Origin: Treponematales bacterium
GTDB lineage: Bacteria > Spirochaetota > Spirochaetia > Treponematales > UBA12059
Direction of reading: 5' to 3'
DNA length: 36,905 nucleotides
Assembly: GCA_041738475.1 (NCBI GenBank)
Contig: JBGSPT010000309.1
Location: 1-36,905 of the forward strand
How positions within the stretch are numbered: the first letter of the stretch is position 1; each line of letters opens with the position of its first letter. The notes under the pieces are model-generated. The model was not told the DNA's origin and did not search any database. It was given only the letters and a program-made list of their open reading frames with translations. The position numbers were made by a program, and so were the translations under genes. This document shows, in pieces, positions 8,538 to 18,113 of this stretch.

Positions 8538-11045
8538 TTAATCCGTCTCCTGGGGAACCGGCATTCCATAAAAAGCGTCGAAGGCTTTAAAAAAGTCGAC
8601 GGGCCCTTTTTCGTCTTGCGCCCATTGGCGAATCCGTGTCGCCAAGACGGGACTGCGAAGGAACGGCTCGTGGAAGGTTTTTTCGAACAGGGACCCGAAT
8701 CCTATCTCCCGGATTCCAACGGATCGAAGACGAAAACAAAGAAGGCCATCTTTCTCTGTGCACTCCAGTACTGTAGACCCTTCCAGGCGGGGATCCGCAA
8801 GGAATTCCGATACGACTTCCGCCGCGACGTCTGGAACTCCTTCCAGGCGATAATCCGATCCCCACAGCATGGAGGAGATGGATCGGTTTCTCTTTTTCTC
8901 AAGGATGGGATACTGCGCAGTTCGTTGAACCTGGATATCGGGCGGAAGGAACCGATTCAGTCTTTCGAGGGCTTCCGAGGGGTTCACCGGTGCGGTGAGC
9001 AGGACGGAAGCGTAGTCCTCTAAGGAAGACATGCCGAGCGGAATGGGGTCCTCGATTTCCAGGCGCGGAAGTGGGTTGAATCCCTGGGAAAAGGCAATGG
9101 GAATACCCGACAATTGGAAAGCCCGGTACAGTAGATCGATGATCGAATGATGCGGAAGGAAGGATGCCGAACCGCTCTTCGAGTAGCGCATCACAAGCCT
9201 GTATACAGGATTCTTTGAAGAGTCCATGGTCGCTGCCTTGTCAGGTGAAACCCGGCTTGATCCGGGCATTATAGGTTGTATTTTATTATATACAACAATG
9301 TCCGTATCATTGCAGGTACCGCAGTTTTCCGTGCAGTGATCCGTACATGCTCGAGAGAACGAGCCGGCCCTTGCCTTATCCCATTCTCTTTTAAGGAAAC
9401 CGCGGCCTATTCTCAAGGAGATTTCATCCCACGGAAGGGGCTCATCCGTCGAGCGTCCGTCCAGGGCTTCCCGGATCGGAGCTTCCAAGATTTCCTCCAG
9501 GGCCCGGAGCCACGCGTCCTTGTCCATGAGGTCCTCCCACGCGTCCAGGCGGGCCCCGTTACGCCATGCGGATAGGATCAAGTCCCCTACCCTAGCGTCC
9601 CCTCGGCTCAGGATTCCCTCGAGCTGCGAGATGAACGGGGTATGATAGGATATCTTGATGCGCCGTTCGTAACGGAAGGATTCCCGGATCCGGCGGATTC
9701 GGGACAGCGCCTCCTCCTCGCTGATTTGCGGACACCATTGGAAGGGAGTATGGGGTTTCGGGATGAAGGTTCCGATGTTCACGTTCAGTTGGAATCGGCT
9801 TTCCCCGAGGAGCCTCCGCAGGAACTCGATCATGGCCTCGGCCTCGGACAATCCGGAAATGTCCTGCACCGGCAGGCCGATCATGAAATAGAATTTGGCT
9901 AGTCTGTACCCGTGGTTTTCCGCCTCCTTCAGGATCGAAAGGATCTTTTCCAGTGTGACGGACTTGTTGATGCTTCTCTGCCAAGCTTCCTCCGGGGTTT
10001 CTACCGCGAAGGTCAAGCCGCTCTTGCGCGTATGGGTGAGCTCTTCGAGGACCTCCAGTTCGAGACTCTCGACCTTCAAAGAGGGAAGCTGGAAGGAGAC
10101 TCTGCGACCTCCCCAAGTCCGGTTGAGGGAACGGACAAGATCCACGATGCCCGGATAGTCCCCGGAGGACAGGGACGATAGGGTGATCTCCCTGTAGCCC
10201 GATTCCAGTACCAAGGATTCGACCTCCCGGAAGATCCGCTCCGGAGACCGGACCCGCTGGGGACGGTAAAAGTATCCGGCATGGCAGAATCGGCATCCGT
10301 TGGGGCAGCCCCGCATGATTTCCACGGTTCCATGGTCCTGGACCGGTTTTAGCGAAGGCCACGGAAAACCTACGGGATATTCGCGGTCCGGGAATTCCAT
10401 GTCCACCGCGCGGACCGCGGTCTTTCCGGGCATCCAGAACGCGGATTGGCTTTTCAGCCGGCAGAGGATTTCTTCCCTGCCCGGCCTGCCGTGTTCAACC
10501 CTGGATACTTCATCCAGGAAGGCGAAGAAACCGGCTTCGGCCTCCCCTATCCAGACCGCGTCCAGGAACCGGGAAAGCGGGAGGGGATTGGTGACCGCGG
10601 GGCCTCCGGCGATCACCACAGGATGACCGTCCCCGCGGGACGAGGCGTCCAGGGGAATGCCTCCGAGGTCCAGGACCGTCAGCATGTTCGTGGCCGCAAG
10701 CTCGTACCCCACCGTGAACGCGAGCATGTCGACCTCGGAAAGGGGAATGCCGCTTTCGAGGGTGTACAAGGGCGTGCCCGATTCGCGGAGAAGATCCTCG
10801 AAATCCCGCGCCGGGGCGAAGACCCGTTCGCAGCGGACGCCGGGCAGGGCGTTGAGCCCGGCGTACAAGATTCGCATGGCGTTGTTGGACATCCCGATCT
10901 CATAGAGATCGGGGAAGCAGAGGGCGACGGTGTACAAATCCCCGGGTTTGCGTACGGCGCCCTGTTCTCCGCCCAGGTATCGGGCGGGTTTTTCGACGGA
11001 AAGAAGCCGCTTGCCCAGGGTTTCGACGGGATGCACGAAGTTCAG
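8538..11045 (-). CDS. TIGR03960-type B12-binding radical SAM protein fused to a TIGR03936/DUF2344 domain
   Basis: VEKPARYLGGE, FPDLYEIGMSN, EIMRGCPNGCRFC (CxxxCxxC), KLYFMIG-like KFYFMIGLP, FIPKPHTPFQW and a Cys cluster (CTDHCTENCGTC). The C-terminal AFSQGFNPLPRL is a DUF2344-type motif. Start placed at CTG 11045 (see findings); alternative GTG at 11036. Confidence 0.88.
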   Translation of the reverse strand: MNFVHPVETLGKRLLSVEKPARYLGGEQGAVRKPGDLYTVALCFPDLYEIGMSNNAMRILYAGLNALPGVRCERVFAPARDFEDLLRESGTPLYTLESGIPLSEVDMLAFTVGYELAATNMLTVLDLGGIPLDASSRGDGHPVVIAGGPAVTNPLPLSRFLDAVWIGEAEAGFFAFLDEVSRVEHGRPGREEILCRLKSQSAFWMPGKTAVRAVDMEFPDREYPVGFPWPSLKPVQDHGTVEIMRGCPNGCRFCHAGYFYRPQRVRSPERIFREVESLVLESGYREITLSSLSSGDYPGIVDLVRSLNRTWGGRRVSFQLPSLKVESLELEVLEELTHTRKSGLTFAVETPEEAWQRSINKSVTLEKILSILKEAENHGYRLAKFYFMIGLPVQDISGLSEAEAMIEFLRRLLGESRFQLNVNIGTFIPKPHTPFQWCPQISEEEALSRIRRIRESFRYERRIKISYHTPFISQLEGILSRGDARVGDLILSAWRNGARLDAWEDLMDKDAWLRALEEILEAPIREALDGRSTDEPLPWDEISLRIGRGFLKREWDKARAGSFSRACTDHCTENCGTCNDTDIVVYNKIQPIMPGSSRVSPDKAATMDSSKNPVYRLVMRYSKSGSASFLPHHSIIDLLYRAFQLSGIPIAFSQGFNPLPRLEIEDPIPLGMSSLEDYASVLLTAPVNPSEALERLNRFLPPDIQVQRTAQYPILEKKRNRSISSMLWGSDYRLEGVPDVAAEVVSEFLADPRLEGSTVLECTEKDGLLCFRLRSVGIREIGFGSLFEKTFHEPFLRSPVLATRIRQWAQDEKGPVDFFKAFDAFYGMPVPQETD
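9268..9295 (-). promoter_or_regulatory. Candidate internal promoter at the radical SAM / DUF2344 junction
   Basis: On the minus strand: TTGTAT (9295-9290), 16 nt, TATAAT (9273-9268). A second TATAAT sits at 9290-9285. The patch is strongly AT-rich inside a GC-rich gene. Confidence 0.4.
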
Positions 11046-12361
11046 GAGTGGTACCTCCGGGCGGAAATCCCAAGGATCAACCCTATACCGATCAGGACGG
11101 TCCAAAGGGAGGATCCGCCGTAGGAAAGAAAGAACAGAGGAATGCCGGTAATGGGCATGATTCCCATGGTCATCCCTATGTTGATCAAGAAATGGAAGAG
11201 TATCATCCCGGACAGCCCGGCCACGATCCCCACCGCGAAGGGGTCTTTCACGGTCTTGAGCAGCGCCAGAGTCCGCCATAGAATCAGGCCGTACAGGCAG
11301 AAGACCACAAGGCCGCCCAGGAATCCCCATTCCTCGGAGAGTATGGAAAAGATAAAATCCGTGCTCTGCTGAGGAAGGAACCTATAATGACTCTGGGTTC
11401 CCTGAAGGAATCCCCGGCCCGTGAATCCCCCGGACCCGATGGCCGTGATCGACTGAAGGATGTTCCAGCCGGAGCCTCTCGGATCTACGGAAGGGTCGAG
11501 GAAGACGATCAGGCGCATGATCTGGTAATCCTTGAGCACCCGATGGCCCAGCTCGGATCCGATCAGGGAGAGAATCAGGATCAGAAATGCGAAGGAGATC
11601 CAGTAATAATAGCGTTTTCTGAACACGAGGAAGCCCCAAACAGCGAGTCCCAGCGAGACCACGCAGGCTCCCAGGATCCAATACAGATACGGTCCTTCAT
11701 AGAGCACGAAGAGGAAACCCGAAGGCTTGACTGCGATATTCCTCTCCCATAGCGGCAGAACCACGAGCACGAGGGTCAGGGCGACCGTGGAAAGGAGAAA
11801 CAGGATATAGCGCCGCTCGAGTCCGCACAGGTACAACATGGACAGGAGGATTGGAATGAAGACGAGGGCGGTTCCGAAATCCGGCTGGGACAGCACGAGA
11901 AGCATGGGAAGCCCGACGATTCCGAGGGAACTGAGGAATCTTCGGATACCGGGCAGGGAGTGCCGCGTTTCGTCAAGGTATTTCGAAAGGAAGAAGATCG
12001 TGGCGATCTTGGCGAATTCCGAAGGCTGTATGCCGAGTTCACCGATCCCGATCCAGGATCGGGCGCCGTTCACGACTCGTCCGAACATGCGGGTGTAGAC
12101 GAGCATGGCCACCACGGCCGCGTAGATGATGAAACTGGAGTCCTTGACGCGCTTGTAGTCTACGAGTACGACGAGCATCAGGAAGACGATCCCGAGGGAA
12201 ACCCAGGCGATCTGCCGGAGGTATTCGGTGGAAACGATGACACCCGTGCTCGTAACGCCGGAGGAGAAGATGAACAGAACGCCGACCACCATGAGGATCA
12301 GGGAGGCGGCGAGGATATACCAATCGATATCGCTGAACAGGGCCTTGAGGTTGGCGATCAT
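11042..12361 (-). CDS. rodA: Rod shape-determining peptidoglycan glycosyltransferase RodA
   Basis: SEDS motifs GIQPSEFAK, QPDFGTA, SITAIGSGG, TDFIFSILSEEWGF, PITGIPLFFLSYGGSS. ATG 12361 overlaps the mrdA stop (ATGA). Confidence 0.95.
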   Translation of the reverse strand: MIANLKALFSDIDWYILAASLILMVVGVLFIFSSGVTSTGVIVSTEYLRQIAWVSLGIVFLMLVVLVDYKRVKDSSFIIYAAVVAMLVYTRMFGRVVNGARSWIGIGELGIQPSEFAKIATIFFLSKYLDETRHSLPGIRRFLSSLGIVGLPMLLVLSQPDFGTALVFIPILLSMLYLCGLERRYILFLLSTVALTLVLVVLPLWERNIAVKPSGFLFVLYEGPYLYWILGACVVSLGLAVWGFLVFRKRYYYWISFAFLILILSLIGSELGHRVLKDYQIMRLIVFLDPSVDPRGSGWNILQSITAIGSGGFTGRGFLQGTQSHYRFLPQQSTDFIFSILSEEWGFLGGLVVFCLYGLILWRTLALLKTVKDPFAVGIVAGLSGMILFHFLINIGMTMGIMPITGIPLFFLSYGGSSLWTVLIGIGLILGISARRYHS

Positions 12362-14229
12362 TCCACACGCTCCGTCGGCTTGATCATGTACGAGAGTCCG
12401 AGGGCCTGGACTGCCTCGTCGTAGGTCTGGTTCGCGAAGATGCCCTGGAAGATGATGTTGGACGCGTAGGGGGCCCACCATTCCCAGGGATTCGTGGCCT
12501 CCACCATAACGACCACGACCACGGTCTCATCCGTGTTTTCCTCCCCGTAGGGTCCGAAGCTGGCGAACCAGGAATGCCAGCGGTCCGCCAGCCCGACTTC
12601 CGCGGTGCCCGTCTTGCCGGCCACCTGGACCGCCTTCGTGTTGACGGGGTAGCGGGCGGTCCCCTCGGTGATGACAGCGCGCATGTTGTCCCGAACGGTC
12701 CGGAAGGTCTCGGGCTTCATCCGCGACTGGGATAGAACCTCGGGATAGGCGCTCCGGATGACGGCACCCGATGACGGATCGCGGATCTCGGACAGGATGC
12801 GGGGCTTGTAGATGACCCCGTCGTTGACGATCATGGCGACCATGTTGGCCATCTGGAGTGGGGTGGTCAGCAGATAACCCTGGCCGATGGCCATGTTCAT
12901 CGTATCCCCTCCAAGCCACTTCTCGTGAAACCTGCGCTCCTTCCACTGGGGGCTCGGATTGAAACCCGAGATCTCCCCGGGAAGGTCGATTCCGGAGGCG
13001 GTCCCGAATCCGAACTCCTTGGAGTAGGAGACGAGCCGCTCGATGCCGAGGTGGTCCCGGGCCACGGTCCAGAAATAGATGTCGCAGGACTGGGCCATGG
13101 CCCCCCTCAAGTCCAAGGCCCCGTGGCCCGGCTTCCGGATCCAGCACCGAAAAACCCGGTCCCCGTAGGAGACCTCACCCTGGCAGAGCACCGTCTTCTC
13201 CGGAGGGAACGCGTTCTCCTCCAGGATCCCCGCGGTCACCACGGCCTTGAAGGTGGAGGCGGGAGGATAGGCGGATTGGATGGCGCGGTTCAGAAGCGGC
13301 TTGTTGGGGTCGTTCAGGAGCCTGGCGTATGCCCGACCTCCGTCGGCTTCCAGGAAATGATTCGGGTTGTACCAGGGATAGGAAACCATGGCCAGGACTT
13401 CGCCGGTTCTTGGTTTGAGGACCACGACGGATCCCATCCGCTGCCCCAGGGCCTTTTCGGCGAGTTCCTGTATCCTGCGGTCGATGGTCAGGATGATGTT
13501 GCGTCCCATGACCGGGGGATCCACGGAGGGGGCCGCGCCGGCGATCGTCCTGCCGCGGACGTCCACGACCCTGTATTCCCGGCCGTCGCGGCCGCGAAGA
13601 ACCGAATCGTACTGCTTTTCGATTCCGGTCTTCCCGATCACGTCCCCGGATTGGTATCCCTGGTTGAACAGGAGCTTGAGTTCTTCCCGGGTGATGTCTC
13701 CGACGTATCCGATCAGGTGGGACAGGGAGCCGGTTTCCACGTAATTCCTGCGCGGCTTTGCATGCCACGTCACCCCGGGAAGCTCGTCCAAGCGCTCCGC
13801 GACCGAGACGATCGCGGAATATGGAACGGCGCCGATCACCTCGACGGGCTGATATAGATGATAATAGGAGGGAGGTATCTTCGAACGCAGCTCTTCGACC
13901 GGGCGTCCCGTCAACCCGGCCAATTTCAGGAACACCGTATCCCGAAGTTCCGCGGGAAGCTCCGCGGGTACGATATCCAGGGCGAAAGAATCGACGTTGA
14001 GCACCAGGGGTATGTTGCCGCCACGATCGTATATCTCCCCGCGTTGCGCGGGAAGGACCGAGGACTGCCGGGATATGCTGGCAGCCTGGAGGCGGAACTC
14101 CCCTCCCCTCAGGATCTGGAGGTAAAAGAGCCGTCCGGCGTACGCGGCGATGATGAATGCGACCAGCAGGCGGAACAGAAGGACCCTGCGGGGATCGGCC
14201 GGCTTGGCTTCCGGCTGAAGATCGCTCAT
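12358..14229 (-). CDS. mrdA: Penicillin-binding protein 2
   Basis: N-terminal TM segment, PAQRGEIYDR, PPASTFK (SxxK), SCD (SxN-like) and KTGT. Start ATG 14229 overlaps the mreD stop. Confidence 0.95.
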   Translation of the reverse strand: MSDLQPEAKPADPRRVLLFRLLVAFIIAAYAGRLFYLQILRGGEFRLQAASISRQSSVLPAQRGEIYDRGGNIPLVLNVDSFALDIVPAELPAELRDTVFLKLAGLTGRPVEELRSKIPPSYYHLYQPVEVIGAVPYSAIVSVAERLDELPGVTWHAKPRRNYVETGSLSHLIGYVGDITREELKLLFNQGYQSGDVIGKTGIEKQYDSVLRGRDGREYRVVDVRGRTIAGAAPSVDPPVMGRNIILTIDRRIQELAEKALGQRMGSVVVLKPRTGEVLAMVSYPWYNPNHFLEADGGRAYARLLNDPNKPLLNRAIQSAYPPASTFKAVVTAGILEENAFPPEKTVLCQGEVSYGDRVFRCWIRKPGHGALDLRGAMAQSCDIYFWTVARDHLGIERLVSYSKEFGFGTASGIDLPGEISGFNPSPQWKERRFHEKWLGGDTMNMAIGQGYLLTTPLQMANMVAMIVNDGVIYKPRILSEIRDPSSGAVIRSAYPEVLSQSRMKPETFRTVRDNMRAVITEGTARYPVNTKAVQVAGKTGTAEVGLADRWHSWFASFGPYGEENTDETVVVVVMVEATNPWEWWAPYASNIIFQGIFANQTYDEAVQALGLSYMIKPTERVE

Positions 14230-14732
14230 CCGCGGTTCCGGGCCGTGACGAACAGGGATCCCAGGAGACCCAGGATGAAGAAGAGGATCGGGGCCAGGAC
14301 CGCGTTGTACGCGGTCTCGATCCAGAGTATACGGTCCAGGAAGTCGTACCCGTGCACGAAGGCCGGAAAGGCAAGCGCCAGGACCGCCGTCGAGAGGGCT
14401 TTGGTAAGGGTTGCGGCGGCGCCGAACAGCATGGGCATCAGGATCCGGTCGATATAGAAGCTCCCGGATATGAGGTTGAATCCGAAGGCGATCACGGTTC
14501 GCACGAAGGCGTTGAACCCCAATGGGGCGGAGGATATGAAGTCCTGCAACAGGCCGGAAATGAAACCCGTCGCGATACCCTCGGTGCGGACGTTCTGGAA
14601 CGAGACGTATACCACTACCAGCAACGCCAGGTCGGGAATCACAGCATAGACCGCGACCGCGTGCATCCATGTGGATTGGAGCAGGGAGCAGCCCACCGCG
14701 GCGGCGGACGCGATCAGGATGGTCTTGAGCAC
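14226..14732 (-). CDS. mreD: Rod shape-determining protein MreD
   Basis: Hydrophobic 168 aa protein with PDLALL and GFISGLLQD, located between mreC and mrdA. Confidence 0.9.
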   Translation of the reverse strand: MLKTILIASAAAVGCSLLQSTWMHAVAVYAVIPDLALLVVVYVSFQNVRTEGIATGFISGLLQDFISSAPLGFNAFVRTVIAFGFNLISGSFYIDRILMPMLFGAAATLTKALSTAVLALAFPAFVHGYDFLDRILWIETAYNAVLAPILFFILGLLGSLFVTARNRG

Positions 14733-14733
14733 G

Positions 14734-15591
14734 TCAATCCTCCGTTCCGCTTTCCGGGAATACCACGAACACGTATTCCAGCCGCGCGAAATCCAGTACA
14801 GGTTCCACGTCGATGTCCAGGGAGGTCTGATAATCCGCCGAGAGGATGCGGGTCACCCTGCCGATGATGACATCCCGGGGGTACAGGGACTGGAAACCCG
14901 ATGTGACGACCAGGTCCCCGAATTGGATCTCCTCCCGGGCCCGTTTCTTTACGTATTTCAAGGTGAGAGGGACGTCGGGGCTGCCGCCTCCCGAGACCAG
15001 GCCCTCATACCGGGTGCGATCCAGGCGCGCGGAAATGTGGGCGGAGGCGTCGAAGATCGGGGAGATGATGCTGGACGATCTGCCGACCTCCAGGACCTTT
15101 CCCACCAGGCCCTCGGAACCGTCCTGATAGGCGACGACGGGGAGGTTCTTGCGGATGCCGTCATCGAGCCCCTTGTCGATCACGAAGGTCGAGTAGAGGT
15201 TTCCGGGATCTTTGGCGATGATGCGCGCGGAAGCGGCCCGGTATCTGGCGTCATCCAGGTAGCCGAGCTGGGACCTGAGCCTCTCGTTTTCCCGCTTGAG
15301 GTCCGTCAGGCTTCGTTCGAGGTTCTGGTATTCCTCCATCCGGCCGACGAGCTCCTTGTACCGGACTCTGAGATCCCGAAGCTCGGATACGCTCGTGAGG
15401 GTCCCGGAGGCGAAGTTCCCGACCGCGTCGAATCCCTTCTGGAAGAACGAGAGGACGGACAGGCCCACCCTCTGGGGAACTCCGGCCAGGGAGTTGGTCG
15501 AGATGAGCAGGATGAGCGAGGACGCGCCCAGGGCGAGGATGAATGCGAGGTTCCTCCTGCGCGCCAGAAGGCGTTCCGCGGCGTCGGACAT
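14734..15591 (-). CDS. mreC: Rod shape-determining protein MreC
   Basis: TM segment, coiled coil (LKRENERLRSQL), IDKGLDDGI, GLVGKV, GDLVVTSG..YP, DFARLEYV. Confidence 0.95.
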   Translation of the reverse strand: MSDAAERLLARRRNLAFILALGASSLILLISTNSLAGVPQRVGLSVLSFFQKGFDAVGNFASGTLTSVSELRDLRVRYKELVGRMEEYQNLERSLTDLKRENERLRSQLGYLDDARYRAASARIIAKDPGNLYSTFVIDKGLDDGIRKNLPVVAYQDGSEGLVGKVLEVGRSSSIISPIFDASAHISARLDRTRYEGLVSGGGSPDVPLTLKYVKKRAREEIQFGDLVVTSGFQSLYPRDVIIGRVTRILSADYQTSLDIDVEPVLDFARLEYVFVVFPESGTED

Positions 15592-16628
15592 CAGATATTC
15601 AGAGATCCGTAGAGGGATCCGTCCTGGCTGTTCATGGTCTCAAAGAACTTGCCCGCCCCGATCGCCACGCACTCCAGGGGGCGTTCGGCCAGGATCACGG
15701 GCACGCCGGTTTCCTTGGCGATCAGTTTGGGAAGACCCTTGAGCAGGCTGCCTCCTCCGGCCATGACTATCCCCCGTTCCACGATGTCCGCGGCCAGTTC
15801 CGGAGGAGTCTGCCCCAGGGTCCTCTTGATTTCCTCCACGATCTGATTGATGGGTTCCTGGAGGGCTTCCCGGACCTCGACGGAATCGATCTCCAGCCGC
15901 CTGGGCAGCCCCGTGATGGCGTCGGTGCCCTTGATCTCGACCTTCTCGATGATCTTGTCGGGAGAGGCGTTCCCTATCTCGATCTTTAGCCGCTCCGCTG
16001 TCTGCTCCCCGATGATCAGGTTATGGGCGTTACGGATGTGCTTGATGATGGCCTCGTCGAACTCGTCTCCCCCTACCCGGATGGCGCTCGTCACGACCAT
16101 CCCCTTCAGGGAGATTACGGAGATCTCCGAGGTTCCCCCTCCGATGTCGCAGATCATGTGCCCCGCGGGTTCGTGGATGGGGATGTCCGAACCGATGGCC
16201 GCCGCCAGGGATTCGTGGATAACCTTGACCTCCCGGGCACCCGCCTTGTAGGCGGCGTCCTCGACCGCGCGTCGTTCCACCTCGGTGATGCAGGAGGGGA
16301 CGCCGATCACCATCCGCGGCTTGACGAACCAGCGGCGGGGTATGACTTTTTGGATGAAGTACTTGATCATCTTTTCCGTGGTGTCCGGATCCGCGATCAC
16401 CCCGTCCCGGAGGGGGCGGATGGCGATGATGTCCCCGGGTGTCTTCCAGAGCATGCGCTTGGCTTCGGAGCCAACGGCCACGACGCGTTTGGTGCCCCGC
16501 TCCACCGCCACCACGGAGGGTTCGTTGATGACGATTCCCTTGCCCCGCACGTAGATGAGGGTGTTGCATGTGCCGAGGTCGATGCCTATGTCCAGGGAAA
16601 GGGAATCGAACAGGTTGCGGCGAGCCAT
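15591..16628 (-). CDS. mreB: Actin-like rod shape-determining protein MreB
   Basis: [42 protein letters not shown]. Start ATG 16628 follows GGAGG; the ORF-track extension to 16877 overlaps the upstream gene. Confidence 0.97.
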   Translation of the reverse strand: MARRNLFDSLSLDIGIDLGTCNTLIYVRGKGIVINEPSVVAVERGTKRVVAVGSEAKRMLWKTPGDIIAIRPLRDGVIADPDTTEKMIKYFIQKVIPRRWFVKPRMVIGVPSCITEVERRAVEDAAYKAGAREVKVIHESLAAAIGSDIPIHEPAGHMICDIGGGTSEISVISLKGMVVTSAIRVGGDEFDEAIIKHIRNAHNLIIGEQTAERLKIEIGNASPDKIIEKVEIKGTDAITGLPRRLEIDSVEVREALQEPINQIVEEIKRTLGQTPPELAADIVERGIVMAGGGSLLKGLPKLIAKETGVPVILAERPLECVAIGAGKFFETMNSQDGSLYGSLNI

Positions 16629-16642
16629 GATGCCTCCAGTCG

Positions 16643-17620
16643 TTAAATCCGTTCCGCGAGCTTCTGACGGGCCGCGGTATGCATGGGGTCCAGGGAGACG
16701 GCCTTGCGCCATGCCGCGCGCGCGCGGACCGGGTCGCCGTTTTCCTGCAGTATGATTCCCAGATAATAATGCGCGTCGGCGGATTCCGGGTTCATCTCCA
16801 GGACCAGATTGTACTGTTCCTCCGCCATCTTGAAGTCTTTCCTGATTAGATACAACTCGCCCAGGATAAACCGGCATTTTTCCCGTACCAGGGAATCCTC
16901 GGTCAAGGAAAGCGCGTCCAGCGCGGCGATCTCGGCCTTTTCCCCCTGACCGGCGAGGACGTACGCCCGGGCCGCCGCAAGCAGGAGGAGATCCGTCTTT
17001 CCCCGTGCCAGGGCCTTCTCGAAGGACTCCACGCTTTTTGTATAGTCACCGAGTGTGGAATAGGCGACAGCGGTGTACTCCAGTATATCCCCGGGCGCCT
17101 CCTCGCCCCGGGCTTCCGCGTCCAGGAAGGCGGCGTCCAGGTGCCTGGCCGCCTCGTCCATGTAATAGGGTCCCTTGTGATAATACGCCTTCCCGAGCAC
17201 ATACGCGACCTGGGAGCGGAATGGAATCGACGGCGACGTAAGGGCTTTCCGTAGGGAGAAGATCGAGGCGTCCATGTAGCGCAGACGTATCTCGCCGTCC
17301 GACTCGCCGACACCGCGATAGAAGGATGCGAAACCGCTCAAGACCAGGCGGAAGGGATCCAGGGGGCGCTGGGACAAGCCCTCTTCGCAGAGCGCCAGAA
17401 CTTCGTCGTAGTTCCGGGCATTCCACGCCGCGAGTATGCTTTCCTCGGAGGGAATTCGAGGATTGCCCGCCCGGGCCGTACGATACAGTGCGGGGACTAC
17501 GAAGGCGGCCAGTCCGGCCATCGCGGCCAGGGCTGCGGCCAATAGAAGCCGCCCCAGACGTTTGCGCCGGCGCGGGGAGCGACGATCGAAGACTTGCGGA
17601 TTTCCAGGGATTTCATACAT
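16643..17620 (-). CDS. Membrane-anchored TPR protein upstream of mreB
   Basis: Basic stretch plus TM segment ([26 protein letters not shown]), then TPRs ([37 protein letters not shown]). Start is ATG 17620 or TTG 17632. Confidence 0.85.
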   Translation of the reverse strand: MYEIPGNPQVFDRRSPRRRKRLGRLLLAAALAAMAGLAAFVVPALYRTARAGNPRIPSEESILAAWNARNYDEVLALCEEGLSQRPLDPFRLVLSGFASFYRGVGESDGEIRLRYMDASIFSLRKALTSPSIPFRSQVAYVLGKAYYHKGPYYMDEAARHLDAAFLDAEARGEEAPGDILEYTAVAYSTLGDYTKSVESFEKALARGKTDLLLLAAARAYVLAGQGEKAEIAALDALSLTEDSLVREKCRFILGELYLIRKDFKMAEEQYNLVLEMNPESADAHYYLGIILQENGDPVRARAAWRKAVSLDPMHTAARQKLAERI

Positions 17621-17633
17621 AAGGCCGTGCAAA

Positions 17634-17663
17634 TTTTTACCATGCCTGTACGTCCCTCGTCAA
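17634..17663 (-). promoter_or_regulatory. Candidate promoter for the TPR-mreBCD-mrdA-rodA operon
   Basis: On the minus strand: TTGACG, 18 nt ending TGg, then TAAAAA. The -10 box is imperfect. Confidence 0.35.
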
Positions 17664-17696
17664 TCGACGGGGACGCCGCGGGTGCAGGAAGAAAAA

Positions 17697-18103
17697 GGGG
17701 CAGGTCTGTAAGCCGGGTTCTGTGCGCCACTAAGGCGCCGCCGCCATCTCTCTCGGTCTCCGGTCTCCCGGAGCCTCCAGCGGTCTACCCGCGGATCGCC
17801 GCGCCCTAAAGCGCGGCCGGGCCGGCGGCCCATCCGCTGCTCGACCTTGCTCGCAGCGAGGCTTGCCGTGCCGTTCCCGTCGCCGGAAACGCGGTGGGCT
17901 CTTACCCCACCCTTTCACCCTTGCCATGGACCCTTTCGGGTCCATTCGGCGGTCTGCTCTCTGTTGCGCTGTCTGTCACCGCGGCCCGCCCCGAAGGGCG
18001 TTCCGCGGCGCCCGGCCGTTAGCCGGCGCTGTGCCGTAGCGAGCCCGGACTTTCCTCCGCCCCGATTCCGAAGAACCGGGACGGCGGCGGTTCGACCTGC
18101 CCC
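17697..18103 (-). ncRNA. rnpB: RNase P RNA (bacterial type A)
   Basis: Minus strand carries the universal GAGGAAAGTCC (18057-18047) and ACAGAACCCGGCTTA (17723-17709) elements, plus AAGGGTGAAAGGGTGGGGTAAGAGCCCACC. A terminal P1 helix GGGGCAGGTC/GACCTGCCCC closes it, about 407 nt, followed by a U-tract. Confidence 0.96.
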
Positions 18104-18113
18104 CAAAAGCCCG

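Noticed and set aside
11046-11330. ORF-track N-terminal extensions of the radical SAM gene (also rodA to 12481, mrdA to 14670, mreB to 16877, NHL protein to 27956, TPR to 28651, cdsA from 35803)
   Set aside because: All run into the upstream gene in another frame. Better starts with SD or stop/start overlaps exist.
17628-17645. Possible sigma54 promoter TGGTAAAAATTTGCA (minus strand) upstream of the TPR-mreB operon
   Set aside because: The GG-to-GC spacing is 9 nt, not the strict 10 nt needed for -24/-12 promoters.
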